DNA from: Gemmatimonadota bacterium
GTDB lineage: Bacteria > Gemmatimonadota > Gemmatimonadetes > Longimicrobiales > RSA9
Assembly (NCBI GenBank): GCA_040905425.1
Contig: JBBDRO010000101.1
Span: 67,913-79,120, forward strand
DNA length: 11,208 nucleotides
Direction: 5' to 3'
In this document: positions 5,642 through 11,208 of the stretch, piece after piece
Layout: every line of letters starts with the position of its first letter
How positions within the stretch are numbered: the stretch's first letter is position 1
Translations under genes and position numbers: made by a program
The notes under the pieces: generated by a model
What the model saw: the letters and a program-made list of their open reading frames with translations, nothing else
The model's database searches: none
Told to the model about the DNA's origin: nothing

Positions 5642-7923
5642 AGCTCCTTCTGCAGGTTGGCGTAGCGCAGCACCACCTTCTTGCGCCCGACGCGTTCAAA
5701 CTCCACCACCGCCTTGGTGTCCTGCCCGAAGCCGGTCAGACCGCGAATGACGCCGCGGCCGAACTGCGCGTGCCGGACGCGCTCGCCCTTCACGAAGCGG
5801 GGCGCCTCCTGGGCGTAGTCGTAGTCGATGACCGGTTCGCGATCCTGGGCGGCCTCCCTGCGCTCACGCTCCTCCTGCCAGCCCAGGGACCCCACACCGG
5901 TACGCCGCGCGCGGGGGCGCACGGACCCCATGCTGCGGGCTCTGGTGAGCGCGGGCGTGACCTTCTCCTCCAGCACCTCGCGGGGGACCGCCGCCACGAA
6001 GCCCGACAGGCTGCAGGACTTCACCTCCCCCGCCCTGCGGCGCGTGCGTGCCCACGTCATCCACACCTTCTGCTGCGCACGGGTCAGCGCCACGTAGAAG
6101 AGGCGGCGCTCCTCCTCGAACTCATCCGGCTCCGTGACGGTGCGCGCCAGCGGGAAGAGGCCGTCCTCCAGACCCGCCACGAAGACGCCGGGAAACTCCA
6201 GCCCCTTGGCGTTGTGGACCGTCATGAGCGTCACGGCGTAGGCCGCGGGATCGTGGCGGTCCACGTCCGTGACCAGCGCCACCTTCTGGAGGTAGCGGTC
6301 CAGTGCGGTGCGCCCCACCGCGGCGTCCTCCGGCTCCTCGTCCGGGTCCTCCAGCGCATCGAACTCGTGGGCGCCCGCCACCAGCTCACGCACGTTGTCG
6401 GCACGCTCCTCCCCCTCCGGACCCTCGTCGACGAGCGCGTTGATCAGTCCGATCTCCTCGAGCAGGCGCGCGAGCAGCTCACCCGCCCCCAGGTGCTCGG
6501 CCAGTCCGGCATACTTGCCGATGACCCCCGCGAAGGCCTCGAAGGCCGCGCCCGCCGCGCCCCGCAGCGCGTCCACCTCAGCGGCGCGCGCCGCCGCTTC
6601 GAGCGGCGCCAGCCCCCGCTCCGCCGCCCAGGTGAAGAGATGCCCCTGGCTGACGTTGCCGATGCCGCGGCGCGGCACGTTCACGATGCGCTCGAAGGCG
6701 CCGGCGTCGCGCGGGTTGGAGATGAGGCGCAGGTAGGCCAGCACGTCCATGATCTCGCGCCGCTCGTAGAAGCGGGTGCCGCCCACGATCTGGTAGGGCA
6801 GATCGCGCCGCCGGAAGGCCTCCTCCAGGGCGCGCGACTGCGCATTCGTGCGGTACAGAATGGTGAAGTCGCGGGCCGTGCGCTCGGGGTCGGTGGTGAG
6901 GGCGTTCTCGATGGTGGCGCCGATCCAGTCCGCCTCGTCCCGCTCGTCCACGCACTCCACGAGCGTCAGCGGCGGCCCCTCCGGCGCCGTGGTGTGGAGC
7001 GTCTTGCCCTTGCGGCGGGCATTCTCCGCGATCACGCGATTGGCCGCGTGCAGAATGTTGGCCGTGGACCGGTAGTTCCGCTCCAGGCGCACGGTGCGCG
7101 TGTCGGGGAAGTCCTTTTCGAAGTCCAGGATGTTGGCCACGTCGGCGCCGCGCCAGCCGTAGATGGACTGGTCGTCGTCCCCCACCACCATGAGGTTGCC
7201 GTGGCCCTCGGCCAGCAGCTGCACGAAGCGATACTGCGCGTGATTGGTGTCCTGGTACTCGTCCACCAGGATGAAGGCAAAGCGCTGCCGGTAGCGGCCC
7301 AGCAGGAGCGGATCACTCTCGAACAGCTCCACCGGCTTGACCAGCAGATCGTCGAAATCGAAGGCGTTCTGCTCGCGCAGGGCGGCCTGGTAGCGCGGGT
7401 ACACCTCGGCCACTACACGGCTGAACACGTCCGCCGCCAGGCGTGCGTATTCCTCGGGGCTCACCAGCGCGTTCTTGGCACCGGAGATGGCGGAGGCCAC
7501 GGCCCGGGGATGCCAGCGCTTGGGGGAATGGCCGGCGGCCTCGAGCGTGCGCTTCATCTGGCGCAGGCTCTGGTCGGCGTCGAAGATGGAGAAGTTGCTG
7601 TCCCAGCCCAGCTGGCTGGCATGGCGCCTGAGCAGGCGCGCGCCCACCGCATGGAAGGTGCCCGTCCACATCCCCGCCGGTTCGCGCCCGAGCAGGTGCT
7701 GGATGCGCGTGCGCATCTCCCCGGCAGCCTTGTTCGTGAAGGTCACGGCCAGGATGGCGGCCGGGTCCACGCCGTACTCGTGGATGAGGTGCCAGACGCG
7801 CGTGGTGAGCACGCGGGTCTTCCCCGAGCCCGCGCCGGCGAGCACCAGGATGGGGCCCTCGAAGTGGGTCGCGGCCGCGCGCTGCTCCAGGTTCAGCGTG
7901 TCCATGGGGTCCTGCACGTCCAT
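5638..7923 (-). CDS. pcrA: ATP-dependent DNA helicase PcrA/UvrD (SF1A), about 761 aa
   Basis: Motifs LNLEQ, AGAGSGKT, TFTNKAA, GTFH, DEYQDTN, VGDDDQSIYGWRGA, LERNYRS, YRTNAQSR, TVHNAKGLEF and EEERRLFYVALTRA; C-terminal Tudor-like domain (GERVRHAQFGRG). Start taken at ATG 7923 with GAGG upstream; TTG 7935 and ATG 7905 are alternatives. Confidence 0.97.
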   Translation of the reverse strand: MDVQDPMDTLNLEQRAAATHFEGPILVLAGAGSGKTRVLTTRVWHLIHEYGVDPAAILAVTFTNKAAGEMRTRIQHLLGREPAGMWTGTFHAVGARLLRRHASQLGWDSNFSIFDADQSLRQMKRTLEAAGHSPKRWHPRAVASAISGAKNALVSPEEYARLAADVFSRVVAEVYPRYQAALREQNAFDFDDLLVKPVELFESDPLLLGRYRQRFAFILVDEYQDTNHAQYRFVQLLAEGHGNLMVVGDDDQSIYGWRGADVANILDFEKDFPDTRTVRLERNYRSTANILHAANRVIAENARRKGKTLHTTAPEGPPLTLVECVDERDEADWIGATIENALTTDPERTARDFTILYRTNAQSRALEEAFRRRDLPYQIVGGTRFYERREIMDVLAYLRLISNPRDAGAFERIVNVPRRGIGNVSQGHLFTWAAERGLAPLEAAARAAEVDALRGAAGAAFEAFAGVIGKYAGLAEHLGAGELLARLLEEIGLINALVDEGPEGEERADNVRELVAGAHEFDALEDPDEEPEDAAVGRTALDRYLQKVALVTDVDRHDPAAYAVTLMTVHNAKGLEFPGVFVAGLEDGLFPLARTVTEPDEFEEERRLFYVALTRAQQKVWMTWARTRRRAGEVKSCSLSGFVAAVPREVLEEKVTPALTRARSMGSVRPRARRTGVGSLGWQEERERREAAQDREPVIDYDYAQEAPRFVKGERVRHAQFGRGVIRGLTGFGQDTKAVVEFERVGRKKVVLRYANLQKEL

Positions 7924-7931
7924 CCCTTCCC

Positions 7932-9158
7932 TCAACTCTCGGCCACAGGCAGGCTCACCGTGAAGACCGTGCCGCCGGAGCGACGCGCCCGGACGCTGAT
8001 GCGCCCGTCATGAACATCCTCCACGATGCGGCGCGCCAGGGCCAGCCCCACCCCCCACCCGCTCGACTTGCTCGTCACCCCAGGCTCGAAGATGCGCTCC
8101 CGCACGGCCGGATCGATGCCGGGGCCGTCATCTCCAACGGCCAACCGCACCCGCCCGCCGGCCGAGTCGGCCATGATCAGGATCCGTCCGCCCCGCCCCG
8201 CCAGGGCGTCCACGGCGTTCTTGACCACGTTCTCCAACCCCCAGGCCAGCAGGACCCGGTTGCCCCGGATGGGCGGCAGATCGGCCGGCACGCGGACGCG
8301 CAGGCGGATGCCGGGGCCGAGCGTAGGCAGGCGCGGCCGCATGTAGCCCTCCAACTCACGCACCACCTCGTCCAGCCGCACCTCCTCCAGGTCGGGCGGC
8401 TTGCCGATGAGCTCGAAGCGCCGGGAGACCCGCTCCAGCCGCTCCACGTCGGCCGCCACCACGTCGGCAATGTGTTGCCGGGACGGCATGCCCTCCGCCT
8501 CGTGCTCGGGCAGCCGCAGGATCTCGATCCAGCCAGCCAGCGAGGAGAGCGGCGTGCCCATCTGATGCGCCAGCTCGCGCGCCATGGCGGACCAGAGCCG
8601 CTCGCGCTCCGCGCGCAGGTCCGAGCGGATGACGGCCACCGCCACGAGGACCAGCAGCATCCCGCCGGTCACCTGCAGCCACGGCACCCAGTCCAGCCAG
8701 CGCAGCAGCGGGTGCTTGCCCCAGACGATGCTGCCCACCGGTGTGACCAGCCGATTCGCCGGCAGCTTCTCGCGCAGCTCCTCCGCGTACGCGTCCGCGG
8801 CGGCCCGGTCAGCGGGATCGCTCGTAACCTCCAGACCCGGCACGTTCCGCCAGGCATAGACGCGCCCCGCGGCATCGAACATCACGATGGGAACGCCCAC
8901 TTCCTGGAGACGGGCCTGCATGGCGGCCAGCGCCGTCAGGTAGCCCTGGGCCTCGGGACTCGTGGGCAACAGCTCGGCCGGCACGCTGTCCAGCCCCGCC
9001 AGGCTGTTGATCTGCTGTTGGACGTGGGAGTAGACCGCCATCATGACGTCCACGTCCCGCTCGATGCGCCGGGAGAGGAACTGGGTGTAGGCCAGGTAGG
9101 AGCCGAAGACCACGACGGCCACCGCCGCCAGTGCGGCCGGCCAGTAGCGTCGGAGCAT
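7932..9158 (-). CDS. Membrane-bound sensor histidine kinase (2 TM, HisKA + HATPase_c), 408 aa
   Basis: Two hydrophobic segments flank a roughly 130-aa external domain. H-box ARELAHQMGTPLSSL, N-box ENVVKNAVDA, G1 DDGPGI, F-box IFEPGVTSK, G2 GWGVGLAL. SD-like GGGAG upstream. Confidence 0.95.
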   Translation of the reverse strand: MLRRYWPAALAAVAVVVFGSYLAYTQFLSRRIERDVDVMMAVYSHVQQQINSLAGLDSVPAELLPTSPEAQGYLTALAAMQARLQEVGVPIVMFDAAGRVYAWRNVPGLEVTSDPADRAAADAYAEELREKLPANRLVTPVGSIVWGKHPLLRWLDWVPWLQVTGGMLLVLVAVAVIRSDLRAERERLWSAMARELAHQMGTPLSSLAGWIEILRLPEHEAEGMPSRQHIADVVAADVERLERVSRRFELIGKPPDLEEVRLDEVVRELEGYMRPRLPTLGPGIRLRVRVPADLPPIRGNRVLLAWGLENVVKNAVDALAGRGGRILIMADSAGGRVRLAVGDDGPGIDPAVRERIFEPGVTSKSSGWGVGLALARRIVEDVHDGRISVRARRSGGTVFTVSLPVAES

Positions 9159-9181
9159 GGCGTTCTCTCCCGCGGCGCGGC

Positions 9182-10465
9182 TCAGACCGCGATCCGGTGG
9201 GTCCCCATGTACTCGGCCAGACCCTCCGGGAGGATGATGCTGCCGTCCGCCTGCTGCCCCGTCTCGAGCACCGCCGCCAGCGTGCGTGGCAGCGCCAGCG
9301 CGGAGCCATTCAGCGTATGCACGAACTCGGGCTTGGCGTTGGGCTCCGGACGGAAGCGCACGCCGGCCCTACGCGCCTGGTAGTCGGTGTAGAGCGAGCA
9401 GCTGGACACCTCCAGCCAGCGCCCCACCCCGGGCGCCCACACCTCCAGGTCGAAGGTCTGGGCGTTGGCGAAGCCCAGATCGCCGCCCGCCAGGAGCACG
9501 ACACGGTAGTGGAGCCCCAACCGGCGCAGCACGGCCTCCGCGTGGCCGGTGAGCTCCTCCAGCGCGGCGTGGCTGTCGGCCGGCTTCTCGAAGCGCACCA
9601 GCTCCACCTTGTTGAACTGGTGCACGCGCAGCAGTCCGCGGGTGTCCTTGCCGTGGGCGCCGGCCTCGCGGCGGAAGCAGGGCGTGCAGGCCACGTAGCG
9701 CCGCGGCAACGCCTCCGCCGCCATCAGTTCGTCGGCGTGGAAGTTGGTGAGCGGGACCTCGGCGGTGGGCACGAGCCAGAGGCCGTCGAGCGGCACCTGG
9801 TACATGTCCTCGCCGAACTTGGGCAGGTGCCCCGTGCCGGTGGCCGCGGCCTCATTGATCATGTAGGGGGGCGCCACTTCGGTATAGCCGTGCTCACCGG
9901 TGTGCAGGTCCAGCATGAGGCTGATGAGCGCGCGCTCCAGCCGGGCGCCCCGCCCCACGAGCGCGGGGAAGCCGCTGCCCGCCACCTTGGTGCCGCGCGG
10001 CAGATCCAGCAGTCCCAGCCGCTCGCCCAGCTCCCAGTGCGGTAGCGGTTCGAAATCGAAGCTTCGGGCCTCCCCCCACTGACGCACCTGGACGTTGCTC
10101 TCCTCGCCGCCCGGCGGCACGACCTCCTCGGGCAGGTTGGGGATGCGCAGCAGGTGGTCACGCAGGCTTTCGTCCACCTCCCCGAGCCGGGACTCCGCCG
10201 CCGCCAACTGCTCGCCCAGCTCGCGCATGGCGGCGATGAGCGGCTCCGCCTCCACGTGCCGCCCCTCCTTCTTGAGGTGGCCCACCTGCGGCGAGACCTC
10301 GTTGCGGCGGGCCCGGAGGCCATCCACCCGGCTCACCAACTCGCGGCGCTCGACGTCCGCCGCCAGCACCTGGTCCACGAGCTCCACGGCACCCGCGGGC
10401 CCGCGCACCGCCAGCAGGCGGCGGACCCGTTCCGGCTCGTCCCGGATGAGCTTCAGATCCAGCAT
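9182..10465 (-). CDS. serS: Serine--tRNA ligase, 427 aa
   Basis: N-terminus MLDLKLIR with coiled-coil arm, IPNLP, PTAEVP, motif 2 FRREAGAHGKDTRGLLRVHQFNKVE, EVSSCS and HTLNGSALA. Confidence 0.98.
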   Translation of the reverse strand: MLDLKLIRDEPERVRRLLAVRGPAGAVELVDQVLAADVERRELVSRVDGLRARRNEVSPQVGHLKKEGRHVEAEPLIAAMRELGEQLAAAESRLGEVDESLRDHLLRIPNLPEEVVPPGGEESNVQVRQWGEARSFDFEPLPHWELGERLGLLDLPRGTKVAGSGFPALVGRGARLERALISLMLDLHTGEHGYTEVAPPYMINEAAATGTGHLPKFGEDMYQVPLDGLWLVPTAEVPLTNFHADELMAAEALPRRYVACTPCFRREAGAHGKDTRGLLRVHQFNKVELVRFEKPADSHAALEELTGHAEAVLRRLGLHYRVVLLAGGDLGFANAQTFDLEVWAPGVGRWLEVSSCSLYTDYQARRAGVRFRPEPNAKPEFVHTLNGSALALPRTLAAVLETGQQADGSIILPEGLAEYMGTHRIAV

Positions 10466-10519
10466 GTTCGATCGATTGGTTTCCCTTGCGAGGAGGCCGA
10501 CACGCTCGTCCGCGCCAGC

Positions 10520-11089
10520 TCAGCGATCGTCGGGCGGCACGAGGTCCCGGTCCCCGCAGTTGGGATTGCGGATGCTCCGGAAGCTGACGTTCCCGGCGGC
10601 CGCGTCCACCTCCACGACCTCGATCTTAGCGTAGTGCGAACCGCTGCCGAAGAACTGACAGGATGTCCGGCGGCTGCGCAGCACGTACACGCCACCCAGG
10701 CGCACCGGTACCGGCCCCGCCGAGTACGCCGCCGTGTCTCCGGGGGCACGTACCAACGCATCGAACTCCTGGTCCTCCATGAATGCCACCCGGGCGCGCG
10801 AACTGATGCCCTCGAAGGCCACGGCCGGCACCAGCACCAGCCCCCCGCTCTCCTCGGCCAGCAGCACGTCCCACTGCCCCGTGGCGCCCGGGTCCTCGAT
10901 GGCCAGGCGGATGCCGTTTACCACGTCGAAGGCGGAAGGGAGCGCCACCAGCTCCGCCCTGCTGGCGGAGAAGAGCGTGATGGAGTCGGGCTCGGCCACC
11001 CAGTCCTGGGGCGCCAGCGGGTCGTCACCGCAGGCGGCCAGCACCGCCGGCAGCAGACCAATGAGCACGAGAGCGCGAAGCGGACGCAC
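10520..11089 (-). CDS. Uncharacterised lipoprotein, about 189 aa
   Basis: Type II signal peptide VRPLRALVLIGLLPAVLAA|C (lipobox LAAC, Cys codon at 11032-11030) followed by GDDPL. The mature domain is beta-rich with two further Cys. GTG 11089 has GGGAG 9 nt upstream; ATG 11119 is the alternative start. Confidence 0.85.
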   Translation of the reverse strand: MRPLRALVLIGLLPAVLAACGDDPLAPQDWVAEPDSITLFSASRAELVALPSAFDVVNGIRLAIEDPGATGQWDVLLAEESGGLVLVPAVAFEGISSRARVAFMEDQEFDALVRAPGDTAAYSAGPVPVRLGGVYVLRSRRTSCQFFGSGSHYAKIEVVEVDAAAGNVSFRSIRNPNCGDRDLVPPDDR

Positions 11090-11125
11090 GTGGTACGACT
11101 CCCGGTTGAACGGATCCATGCAGAC

Positions 11126-11156
11126 CGGCGCGGCGGCACCTCCGGCCGCCGCGCCG
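11126..11156 (-). promoter_or_regulatory. Strong stem-loop in the 5' leader of the lipoprotein-serS-HK-pcrA unit
   Basis: Perfect 12-bp inverted repeat CGGCGCGGCGGC / GCCGCCGCGCCG with a 7-nt loop (CGGAGGT on the minus strand). No U-tract on either side. Confidence 0.65.
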
Positions 11157-11168
11157 CTCCAATCCCGA

Positions 11169-11198
11169 ACGTTAACCGGCGCCCGGCCACGGGGTCAA
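11169..11198 (-). promoter_or_regulatory. Sigma70-like promoter for lipoprotein-serS-HK-pcrA
   Basis: Minus strand TTGACC (11198-11193), 18-nt spacer, TAACGT (11174-11169). Confidence 0.62.
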
Positions 11199-11208
11199 GC
11201 AGCGTGGC

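Noticed and set aside
5770..10045. Long plus-strand ORFs 5770..8013, 8010..9383 and 9131..10045
   Set aside because: Mirror-frame shadows of pcrA, the kinase and serS; stop-codon depletion is expected at this GC content.
10466..10519. T-box or other riboswitch upstream of serS
   Set aside because: Only 54 nt, no T-box consensus or terminator; the small GCAA-loop stem has only about 3 bp.
11126..11156. 12-bp hairpin as an intrinsic terminator
   Set aside because: No U-tract on either strand, and it lies just downstream of a predicted promoter rather than after a gene end.

Overview
Very GC-rich bacterial chromosomal window of mostly housekeeping genes; gene content and protein style suggest Gemmatimonadota, but this is an inference only. 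There are three apparent transcription units. (1) Minus strand: murA (Asp in place of the fosfomycin-target Cys), a small coiled-coil phasin/UbiK-like gene, and pgeF/yfiH. (2) Plus strand, divergent from murA: a stand-alone nitrilase-fold glutaminase of the NAD+ synthetase type, a 189-aa ORF resembling a shrunken, catalytically stripped NadE synthetase subunit, a YtxH-like gene, and a secreted Zn-dependent phospholipase C-family gene that seems to start at CTG. (3) Minus strand: lipoprotein, serS, an orphan sensor histidine kinase, and a PcrA/UvrD helicase. The most interesting observation is the intact glutaminase coupled to a pseudo-NadE. Also notable are three sigma70-like promoters that all have 18-bp spacers, a similar 5'-leader hairpin downstream of two of them, and a short corrupted topA fragment at the left edge that looks like an assembly chimera. 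No rRNA, tRNA, CRISPR array or mobile element was recognised.
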